Source: Nitrospirota bacterium (GTDB taxonomy: Bacteria > Nitrospirota > UBA9217). From it: a stretch of DNA of 64,000 nt. The notes below the pieces were generated by a model that was not told the DNA's origin, did not search any database, and saw nothing but the letters and a program-made list of their open reading frames with translations. The stretch is taken from positions 64,001 through 128,000 of the forward strand of contig CAVWHO010000013.1 in the NCBI GenBank assembly GCA_963754875.1, written 5' to 3'. Shown here piece by piece: positions 18,369 to 28,342 of this stretch. Every line of letters begins with the position of its first letter. The first letter of the stretch is position 1. Made by a program: the position numbers and the translations under genes.

Positions 18369-18397
18369 TTGACGTAACTTCCTGAAATCGTTATGCT
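18369..18397 (+). promoter_or_regulatory. Candidate integrase promoter Pint
   Basis: TTGACG-17 nt-TATGCT. Confidence 0.55.
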
Positions 18398-18488
18398 TGC
18401 ACAAAAAGACTAATATGCAAAATGACGGCAAGTTATATTATTGAAACTAATATGCAAAAACGGTATTCGCTATTTTGAGGAGAACTGC

Positions 18489-19916
18489 ATGCAGCCCATT
18501 CCAGAAGATATTCTGACGCCATTTAATGCAGTTTTGGCACAGAAGGCAGTCTCATCTTCGTTGCAAGACGAGTATCGGAAATGGCTTAAGTATTACCTTG
18601 ATTTCCGGGTAAAGTATCCGCCGCCGGACAGTAAATCCGAACAGGTCCGCTTGTTTATCGAAAAGATGCGCTCAAAGGGAAAGTCCGGAAAGGATTTGCA
18701 TCATGCCGCACATGCGTTGTCGCTCTTTTTCTCGCTGCAATCCCATAAAAAACAAGCTGCGTCGCATGCCGAACGCGTAAGAGAGGAACTCTCCGCTGGT
18801 ACCTTGACCGGCCCGATAACACGGCGCGATGGGGAAAAGCGCTCCCTTGAACGGACTGCTGGGAGGGATATCACCTCGGCAATCAGAGTTCCGACGGCCA
18901 ACCGCCCGGGCAGAAAGTACGACGAGTGGTGGTGTTTGGAGAAGACGAAATCCCCGGCCTGGGACGCGATCATCGATAAACTGGCAGGGGAGATCAAGAC
19001 GCGGCATTATTCACGGAAGACGCTCAAGGCCTATGCGGACTGGTCCCGTAAATTTCAGATCTATCTGAAGGACAAGCCGCCGGACGGCCTGTCTGCCGAA
19101 GACGTGAAGGCGTATCTCACGTACCTCGCGGTTCGATCCAAAGTGTCGGCATCGACCCAGAACCAGGCGTTCAATGCATTATTATTCCTGTTTCGGCATA
19201 TTCTGAAGAAGGATTTCGGAGATCACAAGGACACGCCGCGCGCGAAAAAATCGAGTTATATCCCCGTTGTTCTGACGAGAAAAGAGGTCGATGCAGTGAT
19301 CGGCCGGCTTCCGCCGCCCTATGATCTGGTGGTGAAGCTTCTGTACGGGTGCGGGCTCCGGCTGTTCGAATGCCTGAAACTCCGTGTGCAGAACTTCAAT
19401 TTCGACGAAGGGGTGCTTCTGATCATGGACGGCAAGGGGAAGAAGGCGCGCACGGTCCCAATTCCGCAGGTGATCGTGCAGGAACTGCTGGCGCAGCTTG
19501 AAGCGGTCAAGCAACTTCACGACCAGGACCTGAGGGCCGGATATTCGGGGGTGTTTCTCGACGACGCGCTGGATAAAAAATACAGGAATGCTTCGAAAGA
19601 TTTCATCTGGCAATGGTTCTTCCCGCAACAGTCCCTGACCTTCCTGCAGGAAACGAATGAGCTGCGGCGGTATCATTTAACCGACAAGGACGTGCAGGGG
19701 CCGCTATACACCGCGGTCCGGAAGGCGAAGCTCACGAAGCGCGTCACTTCCCATACCTTCCGCCATTCCTTTGCCACGCATCTCCTGCAGGCCAACTATG
19801 ATATCCGCACGATCCAGGAAATGCTTGGCCATGCCGATGTGAGAACGACGATGATCTATACGCACTGCGTGCCGAGCAGGACCGCAAAAGAGCGGAAAAG
19901 CCCGCTGGATTTTTGA
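18489..19916 (+). CDS. intI: Integron integrase with N-terminal extension
   Basis: Tyrosine recombinase residues (GLR, GKG.K.R, HTFRH, LGH, TMIYTH); SASTQNQAFNALLFL; integron-specific insert WQWFFP...RRYHL. Confidence 0.95.
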   Translation: MQPIPEDILTPFNAVLAQKAVSSSLQDEYRKWLKYYLDFRVKYPPPDSKSEQVRLFIEKMRSKGKSGKDLHHAAHALSLFFSLQSHKKQAASHAERVREELSAGTLTGPITRRDGEKRSLERTAGRDITSAIRVPTANRPGRKYDEWWCLEKTKSPAWDAIIDKLAGEIKTRHYSRKTLKAYADWSRKFQIYLKDKPPDGLSAEDVKAYLTYLAVRSKVSASTQNQAFNALLFLFRHILKKDFGDHKDTPRAKKSSYIPVVLTRKEVDAVIGRLPPPYDLVVKLLYGCGLRLFECLKLRVQNFNFDEGVLLIMDGKGKKARTVPIPQVIVQELLAQLEAVKQLHDQDLRAGYSGVFLDDALDKKYRNASKDFIWQWFFPQQSLTFLQETNELRRYHLTDKDVQGPLYTAVRKAKLTKRVTSHTFRHSFATHLLQANYDIRTIQEMLGHADVRTTMIYTHCVPSRTAKERKSPLDF

Positions 19917-19917
19917 A

Positions 19918-20435
19918 TTACACCTTCAAATACCTCTCCACCTCGTTCGCCCATGCTTTGTAACCTTTGTTCGCCAGATGTACGCCGTCGTCTGACAGAT
20001 ACCCGCTTAGGGGAAATCCTTTTTCATCCACGAAGAGGCGGTAAACGTCGAGATAATCCGCGTTATACTCGCGTGCAATCTCCCTGAGATGGACGTTCGT
20101 GTCTATGATGACGTTGTTGCTGATCCACGTGAACCCGACAGGCAGGATGCTCTGGATGACGATTTTTGACTTTTTGTACCACGTGGTCAGGTTGCGGACG
20201 ATTTCTCGGTAGGGGACCAGGATGTCATTACGCCCGTTGGCGATGTTGTTGATGCCGGTCATGAGGAAGATGAAGTCGGGGGTATCTACTGTCGCGCGGA
20301 TGCGCTCCCTGCGGGCCAGGAGGCCTTCCACGGTTTCTCCTGAGATCCCGAGGTTCATGACGCGGTGTCCGGGAAAGCGGCCTTCCCAGTCGAACCATTG
20401 GGTCAGGGAGTCGCCGATGAAATGAGGTTTGACAT
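19918..20435 (-). CDS. SGNH/GDSL hydrolase (frameshift near 20420)
   Basis: IGDSLT block in the upstream frame; NLGISGET, GINN and DGVH motifs. Confidence 0.85.
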
Positions 20436-20484
20436 AAAAAAGACACCTACGGATTTTTTAATTTGCCATTCCCTGTAGCTTGGA

Positions 20485-20583
20485 TCCCTCCACCTTGACA
20501 GGGGAGGTGAGGTGGGGTGTTGAGCATGAGCGCCGGATATTTCACCCTCCCCTTAGTCTCCTCCCATCGTAGGGAGGGGAGAG
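20485..20583. repeat. REP-like paired palindromes (CCCTC/GAGGG family)
   Basis: TCCCTCCACCTTGACAGGGGAGGTGAGG ... CACCCTCCCC...CCTCCCATCGTAGGGAGGGGA. Confidence 0.6.
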
Positions 20584-20633
20584 TTAAAAGCCCAGATAAC
20601 CCGTCAGGTTGCTGCGGGGCGCTTCAATGACTG

Positions 20634-20942
20634 TTAACGCTCTCGCTGGATCGCCTGCTTCAACATTTCCACTGACGGCACGTTGCTGAGCCTCCCGGAC
20701 TCATCCAGATACATCCTTCAGGTGATCCCCGGCGAATTGCCCCCTTCGAATGCGTCCGCTCCATTGATCCAGATGGAAGGGGAGCCCTTGATATTGCGGC
20801 TGACGGCGTCGTCGTAATAGATGGTCTGGTAATTGACGTCAATATTGACGGCCAATTCTGCCAGTGCTCGGTCCACGTTTTCGCGGATCTTGTAGTAGGA
20901 GCCGCAAATCTCAGACATATAAACATCGATCCTGATTGCCAT
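20634..20942 (-). CDS. Probable thioredoxin-like selenoprotein (UGA at 20718-20720)
   Basis: ICGS...GSPSIWING...PGIT-U-RMY continues in frame to TAA at 20634; GAGUCC-GGGA-GGCUC hairpin follows the UGA. Confidence 0.75.
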
Positions 20943-20953
20943 GACGATGGAAC

Positions 20954-21184
20954 CTATCCTACATGGATGATCTGGACCGGGCATGAGTCTGCTGCTTCCT
21001 TTACCTTGTCCAGGAGATCAGCCGGCGCTTCCCCCTGGGCCGGGTCATTGCTCACCCGGTATTTCGGTGTGACCTCGCTCCAGCTGTCGACGGTGTTCTG
21101 CTGAAAGAATTCCGGGCACGTGGCCCAGCAGGATTCGCAGCTGATGCATTCTTCCCGGTCGATCGTGACTTTTGTGTTTGCCAT
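20954..21184 (-). CDS. Single-cluster ferredoxin
   Basis: CISCESCWATCP ... CPVQII. Confidence 0.92.
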   Translation of the reverse strand: MANTKVTIDREECISCESCWATCPEFFQQNTVDSWSEVTPKYRVSNDPAQGEAPADLLDKVKEAADSCPVQIIHVG

Positions 21185-21245
21185 GACGCACCTCTCCTCT
21201 GTTGAAGTATCAAGATGACGCGGTCAAGAGACCGCGGTTCTGTTG

Positions 21246-21560
21246 TTATTTCTTTTCCAGCACGTCTTCGGCCCACGAGAGCGCGGCCGAGACGTTCGGG
21301 AAGCCGATGGTGCTGGTGAGCAGGATGATCGCGTGTCTGATCTCGTCCGGTTTCGCGCCGGCTGCAAGGGCCCGTCGTACGTGGGAGTGGACCGAACCTT
21401 CGGACCTCACGGATGCTGCTGCGGCCAGCTGGATGAGCCTCGCCGTCTTCTCATTCAGCGGTCCCGCGGCTTTTGTGGCCTTGCCGAGGTTTTCGACGGC
21501 CTTTATAACGCCTTTATATTTTTTCTGGATCCCCACATATTGCGCAGGCAATTTCGGCAT
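21246..21560 (-). CDS. CMD/AhpD-like family protein
   Basis: GPLNEKTARLIQL, SHVRRA and TIGFP motifs. Confidence 0.88.
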   Translation of the reverse strand: MPKLPAQYVGIQKKYKGVIKAVENLGKATKAAGPLNEKTARLIQLAAAASVRSEGSVHSHVRRALAAGAKPDEIRHAIILLTSTIGFPNVSAALSWAEDVLEKK

Positions 21561-21791
21561 ATGGTGTCTCCTCTCGTGCGGCGGCTTGTCTGGAGTGGTG
21601 CGATTGCGGAGTATGAATAGTATTAAGTGTAGGCAAGAAAAGAGCAGTAGTCAAGGACAGGGGCGCTTTTTCCGGATATGCGGGGGAAAATGCATTTTTG
21701 AAAGACATTGGTCCCTCGTCTTCCAAGTCCTCGGCTTTGCAAGCGTCTCTTGTCGTTTGACTGTGAAACACCCCTGTGCTACGCTCCTACT

Positions 21792-22676
21792 ATGGACTCT
21801 GCAGCTTACCTTTGCAAGGTTGTGACCGCACTTGCCCAAGACATCGGTGTCCGGAGCTACCGTGATCGTGATCAGCTCAGGAAGGCGGTTGATTTCATCG
21901 CCGGACAGTTTGAGTCGTTCGGCTATTCTACTTCCCGACAGCCCTTCCCGTATAACGGGACTACCTATTACAACCTCATTGCAGAACTGACCGGAGCAGA
22001 ATCGCCGGAGGACATCCTCGTCGTCGGCGCGCATTACGATACCGTCAGTACGACGCCGGGCGCCGACGACAATGCGAGCGGAGTTGCCGGTATGCTTGAA
22101 CTGGCGCGGACGCTTGCCGGGAGCCGGCCTGCGAAGACGGTGCGATTCGCGGCCTTCGCGCTTGAGGAACCGCCTGCATACCGTACGAGAAATATGGGCA
22201 GCTATCATTACGCCAGAACATTGCGCGAAAACAAAGAGCAAATTGCGGGGATGATCTGTCTTGAAATGATCGGCTATTTCTGCGACCGGCCGGGCTGCCA
22301 GAGTTACCCTTTCCCGTTCATGTCCCTGATGTTTCCTAAAAGGGGAGACTTTATCTCCTTGGTCGGGAACATGAGGTCAAAGAGCTTTACCCAGATGATC
22401 TCGAAAGAATTTCGCAAGGCCGTCGACCTCCCGGCAGTAACCTTGAACGCGCCAGCGATCGTCATGGGCATCGACTTTTCGGACCACTGGTCCTTCAATA
22501 AGTTTAAATATCCGGCGCTTATGGTAACCGACACGGCCTTTTACCGGAACCCGCACTACCACGCTCTTTCGGACCTGCCGGATTCTCTGGATTATGAGCG
22601 AATGGCGAAGGTCACGTCAGGATTGGCTTCAGCAATTGCGGCCTGGGGCAGCGCCAGCTTGCACAAAGAAGTTTGA
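21792..22676 (+). CDS. M28 family metallopeptidase
   Basis: GAHYD, GADDNASG, EE, LEMIG, SDHWSF and YH motifs. Confidence 0.92.
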   Translation: MDSAAYLCKVVTALAQDIGVRSYRDRDQLRKAVDFIAGQFESFGYSTSRQPFPYNGTTYYNLIAELTGAESPEDILVVGAHYDTVSTTPGADDNASGVAGMLELARTLAGSRPAKTVRFAAFALEEPPAYRTRNMGSYHYARTLRENKEQIAGMICLEMIGYFCDRPGCQSYPFPFMSLMFPKRGDFISLVGNMRSKSFTQMISKEFRKAVDLPAVTLNAPAIVMGIDFSDHWSFNKFKYPALMVTDTAFYRNPHYHALSDLPDSLDYERMAKVTSGLASAIAAWGSASLHKEV

Positions 22677-22789
22677 GTTGGAAATGATGGCATGAGCGGC
22701 CTGGCGCATCGTACCTTGTATTGACAATCGATTCTCCTCCGTGTATGTTATCATTGTCTTGGAAATCATTTTGATATGAGGAGGTCACG

Positions 22790-23056
22790 ATGCGCATCCT
22801 CGGCATAGCGCTGGTCCTGCTGTTTCTATTTTCTCCGGCGATGACCCGCGCTGACGATGAAAAATCGGCAAAGGAAGGCTTCAAGGAAGTCCACGAAGGC
22901 ATGAAGAAAGTGGTCAAGGCCGTGGACAAGAACGCCAAAAAAGGGTGGAAGGCTGTTGACCGGCAGGCGAAGAAGGACTGGAAGACGGTTGACAAAGAGG
23001 CGAAGAAGACCTGGAAGAAGGCTGGAACGGACATAAAAAAAGCAACTAAGGATTGA
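22790..23056 (+). CDS. Small secreted Lys-rich protein with 11-aa amphipathic repeats
   Basis: GAGGAGG RBS; signal peptide; KKGWKAVDRQA/KKDWKTVDKEA/KKTWKKAGTDI. Confidence 0.8.
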   Translation: MRILGIALVLLFLFSPAMTRADDEKSAKEGFKEVHEGMKKVVKAVDKNAKKGWKAVDRQAKKDWKTVDKEAKKTWKKAGTDIKKATKD

Positions 23057-23179
23057 TGGGCTTGATTGGCGCCTTGCGACGATCTTCTCGAAAATCCCGA
23101 TTGACTTTCCCGCCCCGCCATTATATGCTGTCGCCGCTCGCTGCCGTTTTCCGAGGACCCTTCCCGCACGAGGCTTGAC

Positions 23180-25795
23180 ATGATCCTGAACAAAATCCAG
23201 GAAGCCGCAGAACGATACCCGGGCACCATTGCCGTCCAGATGAAGATCGGCGACCAGTATCAGCAATACGCTTACCGACAGGTGTTGCGCCGGATCGCCT
23301 CCGCAACGCAGTCCCTGTCCAGCCGCGGTATCGAAAAGGGGGACCGGATCGCGCTCCTTTCCGAGAACCGGCCCGAGTGGATGTTTGCTTACCTTGCCAC
23401 GGTATCGCTGGGCGCGGTCATTGTGCCGCTCGACGCGCAGCTTACGGAAAAAGAGGTAGCTCTGCTCCTGGCAAGCTCGGGGGCAAAGGCCGTTTTCGTA
23501 TCATCAGCGACAATTCAGAAACTTCCCCGCAGCGGTCCTCTCACGGTCATCTCTTTTGACCCGGGCAGCGGCGTTCCGTTCCCCGATATGCTCACTGCCC
23601 GTCCCGATGCTCAGCTTCCGCCTGCTCCCGCATCGGGAGACCTGGCCGCTCTCCTGTACACCTCCGGCACGACCGGAGACCCGAAGGGCGTTATGCTGTC
23701 TCACGGAAACCTGGCGTCAAACTGCGTGAGCTGCACGAAGCTTGACCTCGTTCACCCCGACGATAACATGCTCTGCCTGCTCCCGCTGCACCATACCTAT
23801 CCCGCCATGGCGGCCATGCTGCTGTGCTTTTCGACCGGGGCCACGGTCACGCTTCTGAACAGCCTCAAAGGCCCGGACATCCTGGCATGCATGCAGGAGA
23901 CGAAGGTCAGCATCCTGCTCGGCGTGCCGCAGCTGTTTACGGGACTCCGCCGCGCCATCTTCGATGCGATCCAGAAGAAGCCGGCGCCCGTGCGGCTGCT
24001 GGTCGGGCTTCTCCTGAGGTTGAACGGGCTGCTCAGGAGGACCGTGGATGTGAACATCGGCAGGGCCGCGTTCGGTAAAGTGCACGCGATGTTCGGCCCG
24101 GCGTTCAGGCTCTTTGCGAGCGGCGGGGCCCGGCTCGATCCCGGACGTGTACACCGACATGACCAACCTCGGGTTCACGGTCATTGAAGGGTACGGCCTG
24201 ACGGAGACCTCGCCGGTGTCCACCTTTAACCCGCTTTCGAAACAGAAAGCCGGTTCCATCGGCATCCCGGTACCGGGTGTGGAGGTCAGGATCGCGGACC
24301 CCGATGAGAACGGCCAGGGCGAGATCGCGATCCGCGGCGCCAACGTGATGCTGGGATACTACAAGAAGCCGCAGGACACGGCGGAGGTGCTCCGGGACGG
24401 CTGGTTCTACAGCGGGGACCTCGGCTACCAGCGACAAGGACGGCTATTTTTTCATCACCGGCAGGTCCAAGGAAATGATCGTGCTCGCGACGGGGAAAAA
24501 GATCTTTCCTGATGAGCTCGAGAAGTTTTACAAACAGATCCCGTCCATCAAGGAAATCTGCCTGCTCCAGGGCGACCGCGGACTCGAGGCTGCGGTGGTG
24601 CCGGACTTCGAATATCTCCGGAAGATGAACCTGTCCAACTCCCGGGAGACGATCGCCTTCGAGATCGAGGACCTTGCCAAGGACCTTCCGCCGTACAAGC
24701 GGATCACGGGGCTGAAAATTTTTAAAGACCCGCTCCCGGTCACGAGGCTCGGCAAGCTGAGAAGGAGCAAGGTAAGGGAACTTTATGCAACGGGCGGCGA
24801 GCGCGCCGAGAAGGCAGTGCAGGAAATCGACGCAGGCCTTTTGCAGGACCCCGTGACCCGGAAGCTGCTGGCATGCCTCGAACCTTTTTCCTCGAAGAAG
24901 AACAACATCGTGCCCGACGACAATCTTGAACTGGACCTCGGTCTTGACTCGCTCGCACGTGTGGAACTGGTCGTGAGCATCGAGAAATCGTTCGGCATCG
25001 CGGTCCCCGAATCCTTCGGTTCCGAGGTCTTCACTGTCAGGGACGTGGTCCAGAAGATCAAGGACCTGCTTGCTGCGGGACCGATTGCGGCGGGGGAAAA
25101 TGTGAAAATGTCCTGGTCGGAAATTCTGGCGCTGGAGCCGTCGACAGATCTGACATCATCGCTGAGGTTCGATCCCGGAGCCGCTGCTCAACGTTGCGCG
25201 CTCTATTCTTAAAATCGCACTTAACCTTATATTCACCGTCTATGGCCGGCTTTCAGTCCGGGGCACGGAACATCTGCCTTCGAAGGGGCCCTATATCCTC
25301 GCGCCGAACCACCTGAGCCTTGCTGATGCTCCTGCGGTCGTTGCCGCACTATCCCGGCATGTTGCTTTCCAAACGTTTTTCCTCGGGACGACCGATTACT
25401 TCGGCGGTCCGCTCTCTTCCAAAATCGCCGGCGACTTCAACGTGATCCCCGTGGACATGGATACGCGACTTTACGGCGCAATGCAGTTGTCGGCCTACGT
25501 ACTTCGGCACAACAAGGTCCTGTGCGTCTTCCCGGAGGGGGGGCGCTCGCGCGATGGTCACATCAAGGAATTCAAAAAGGGCGTCGGCATTATCGCAAAA
25601 GAATTGAACATCCCGATCATACCGGTCGCAATCAGGGGGACCTATGAAATGCTGCCGGCCGGCAGGAGGTTCCCGAAGCCCGTCCGGATCAGCGTAACGT
25701 TCGACAAGCCGGTTTACCCCGAAGAGAAAGATTACGACGAGATCGTGAAAACGTTGTACAACCGGGTGGTTGAGTTGCTGGAACGGGAGCATTAG
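23180..25795 (+). CDS. Long-chain acyl-CoA/ACP synthetase + ACP + PlsC acyltransferase multidomain protein (about 3 frameshifts)
   Basis: YTSGTTG, GYGLTE and SGDLG; ACP LGLDSL; acyltransferase NHLS..D and FPEG in successive frames. Confidence 0.85.
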
Positions 25796-25849
25796 ACACG
25801 AATTCTTCTCATTACGATCGCTCTGTTGTTTTCAAAATAGCATCCAAAA

Positions 25850-25923
25850 CGTCATTCCGGGCTTGACCCGGAATCCAGAAACTTTTTGCAGAATCCTGGA
25901 TTCCTGCCTTCGCAGGAATGACG
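25850..25923. repeat. REP-like element (GTCATTCC...GGAATGAC family)
   Basis: Two nested hairpins CGTCATTCCGGGCTTGACCCGGAATCCAG ... CTGGATTCCTGCCTTCGCAGGAATGACG. Confidence 0.8.
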
Positions 25924-25955
25924 AACTAGAGGTTCGGGTCATGGACGAGGAAAAA

Positions 25956-26849
25956 ATGAAACACATTAAGATGTCGCTCATATTTTGTTTGCTCGTTCTG
26001 CTGACGTCCTGTGCTTCCACCCAGGGGCCGCCAATCGCCGGGGCGCCAAGGCCGAAAATAGCGCTCGTGCTCGGCGGCGGCGCAGCCAGGGGCTTTGCAC
26101 ATGTCGGTGTGATACGGGCGCTCGAACAGGAGAAAGTGCCCATCGACATGATCGTGGGCACCAGCGTCGGGAGCCTCATCGGCGCGATCTATGCCTACGA
26201 CGCCAACAGCTTTGACCTGGAGTGGACGGCGTTTTCCCTAGAGAAAGACGACCTGTTCGACTACGGGATCCTGACGGCAATTACCGGAATGGGCGTGGCG
26301 AAGGGAGAAAAACTGGAGGCGTTCGTGAAAAACAAGGTGCCGGTCCAGAACATCGAGAACCTCAAGATTCCCTTTGCAGCGATTGCCACGGATCTGAACC
26401 GCGGAACGCGGGTCGTACTCGACCGGGGGCCCGTGGCAAAGGCGGTCCGCGCAAGCAGCGCCATCCCGGGGGTGTTCAATCCCGTGGATTACCAGGGAAA
26501 GCTCCTCGTGGACGGGGGCGTGATCGACAATCTCCCCATCTCCGTTGCGCGGGAGCGGGGCGCGGACATCGTCATTGCCGTGGACATCAGCGAAAACGTG
26601 ATCAACTATAATATTACGAACCTCGTCGACGTGATGCTCCAGGCCGTCACCATCATGGCCGCAGAGAACGTGAAGTATAAACGGAAGGAGGCCGACGTGC
26701 TCATTGCACCGGCCGTAGGCAACGTTGGCATGCTGGACTTCACTCAGAAAAAAAGGTGCATGCAGGCCGGCATCGAGGCCGCACAGAAAGCAATGCCGGA
26801 GATCAAAAAGAAGATCGAGGAGTGGGGGAGGAAGAACGCTGCGAAGTAA
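25956..26849 (+). CDS. Patatin-like phospholipase lipoprotein (RssA-like)
   Basis: GGGAARG, GTSVG and DGG motifs; lipobox LTSC. Confidence 0.92.
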   Translation: MKHIKMSLIFCLLVLLTSCASTQGPPIAGAPRPKIALVLGGGAARGFAHVGVIRALEQEKVPIDMIVGTSVGSLIGAIYAYDANSFDLEWTAFSLEKDDLFDYGILTAITGMGVAKGEKLEAFVKNKVPVQNIENLKIPFAAIATDLNRGTRVVLDRGPVAKAVRASSAIPGVFNPVDYQGKLLVDGGVIDNLPISVARERGADIVIAVDISENVINYNITNLVDVMLQAVTIMAAENVKYKRKEADVLIAPAVGNVGMLDFTQKKRCMQAGIEAAQKAMPEIKKKIEEWGRKNAAK

Positions 26850-26851
26850 TT

Positions 26852-27308
26852 TTAACCACGGAGACACGGAGAAATGCTCTATCATGAGGACTTGACGGAA
26901 AAGTTTATTGCCGGTGCAATTGAGGTTCATCGGCATGTCGGTCCGGGATTGCTTGAGTCAGCTTATGAAGAATGTTATTGCAGGGAACTGACCCTGAAGA
27001 ATATAGCATATGAGAGACAGAAGTCATTACCTTTGGAATATAAAGGAGTCAGACTCGATTGCGGTTACCGCTTGGACGTTGTTGTCGATGACAGGGCGAA
27101 TATTGCCTGTGCATGAAGCTCAGCTTTTAACCTACCTGAAGCTATCGGGTCTCAAGGTTGGGCTCATTATCAATTTTCATACGAGATTTATCAATGATGG
27201 TATCAAACGACTGGTTCTTTAACCTCCGTGTCGCTGTGGTTGGGAATTGGTTTAAGAAGGGCATTAAGAAACTCGCTCAATAGTTTCTCTCCGTGTCTCC
27301 GTGGTAAA
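26852..27308. mobile_element. GxxExxY-gene element bounded by inverted repeats
   Basis: ACCACGGAGACACGGAGA at left, its reverse complement at 27289-27308, and a partial copy at 27224-27241. Confidence 0.6.
26874..27222 (+). pseudogene. GxxExxY protein with internal deletion
   Basis: GPGLLESAYE and YRLDVVV then a frame change to HEAQLLTYLKL; the ExK segment is missing. Confidence 0.8.
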
Positions 27309-27328
27309 ATATTTTCTCTGAGGTTCTC

Positions 27329-28180
27329 ATGATCAAAAAAATAAAAATCATCCTCGAGATGATCAAGTTCGAACACACGATCTTTGCGCTGCCCTTTGCC
27401 TTCACCGGCGCGCTGCTCGCGGCCCATGGCATGCCGTCCGGGAAGACGGTTCTCTGGATAACCGTGGCCATGGTCGGTGCGCGCTCGGCGGCCATGGGGT
27501 TCAACCGTTGGGCAGACCGGAAGTTCGACGCGGAAAATCCCCGCACTAGGGAGCGGGCCCTGCCGAAAGGCCTTGTTACGCCCGGGCAGGTGGTCGTCTT
27601 CACCGCGGTTTCCTCGGCCGTGCTTGTCTTCGCGGCATACATGTTGAACCCGCTTGCCTTCGCGCTCTCTCCCCTGGCGCTGGCCGTCGTGTTCTTCTAT
27701 TCCTATACCAAGCGGTTTACCTTCCTTGCCCATGCCTTTCTCGGGCTCGGCATCGCCGGCGCTCCCCTGGGCGCCTGGATAGCGGTCACGGGAAGGTTTG
27801 AGGCCCCGGCCCTCGTGCTCGGGGCCGCGGTGCTGTTCTGGCTCGTTGGTTTCGATGTGCTCTATGCGCTCCAGGACATCGATTACGACAGGAAGGCGGG
27901 GCTGCATTCCATACCGCAGCGGTTCGGCATCAACCGTTCGCTCTGGATCGCCCGGATTTCCCACGGATTCACGATGGCGGCGCTTTTCTGGCTGTCCTCG
28001 CTGCTTTCGCTCGGGTGGTATTATCTCGCCGGGGTGTTCCTGTCTCTGGCACTGATCGTGTATGAGCATGCACTGGTCAGGAAGGATGACCTCTCGAAGC
28101 TCAATTTTGCGTTTTTTAATATGAACGGATACATCAGCGTGACGATCTTCCTGTTCACCCTGCTCGATGTATTAATATGA
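27329..28180 (+). CDS. ubiA: UbiA-family prenyltransferase (MqnP-like)
   Basis: IKFEHTIFALPF, NRWADRKFDAENPRT and YALQDIDYD motifs. Confidence 0.9.
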   Translation: MIKKIKIILEMIKFEHTIFALPFAFTGALLAAHGMPSGKTVLWITVAMVGARSAAMGFNRWADRKFDAENPRTRERALPKGLVTPGQVVVFTAVSSAVLVFAAYMLNPLAFALSPLALAVVFFYSYTKRFTFLAHAFLGLGIAGAPLGAWIAVTGRFEAPALVLGAAVLFWLVGFDVLYALQDIDYDRKAGLHSIPQRFGINRSLWIARISHGFTMAALFWLSSLLSLGWYYLAGVFLSLALIVYEHALVRKDDLSKLNFAFFNMNGYISVTIFLFTLLDVLI

Positions 28181-28342
28181 AGCAAAACGGCAAAAATTCC
28201 CGCTGCTGATTGACAAAGCCCGTAAATGCTGGTAATTTAATAGCACTCTGTTTTCGCAGCAGCAGGGGCAGCATTGCGAAAAATGATATCGGCATTCCCA
28301 AAAGACACGGAGCATTTCATTCAAAAAAGGAGAAGAAACGAC

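Larger units (their letters stand above)
13983..19916. mobile_element. Complete sedentary integron (intI + attI + 6 cassettes)
   Basis: Integron integrase divergent from an AT-rich array punctuated by six attC sites. Confidence 0.93.

Noticed and set aside
23180..25795. NRPS-like cluster or programmed frameshifting
   Set aside because: No condensation domain; the architecture is acyl ligase-ACP-acyltransferase and the breaks look like indel errors
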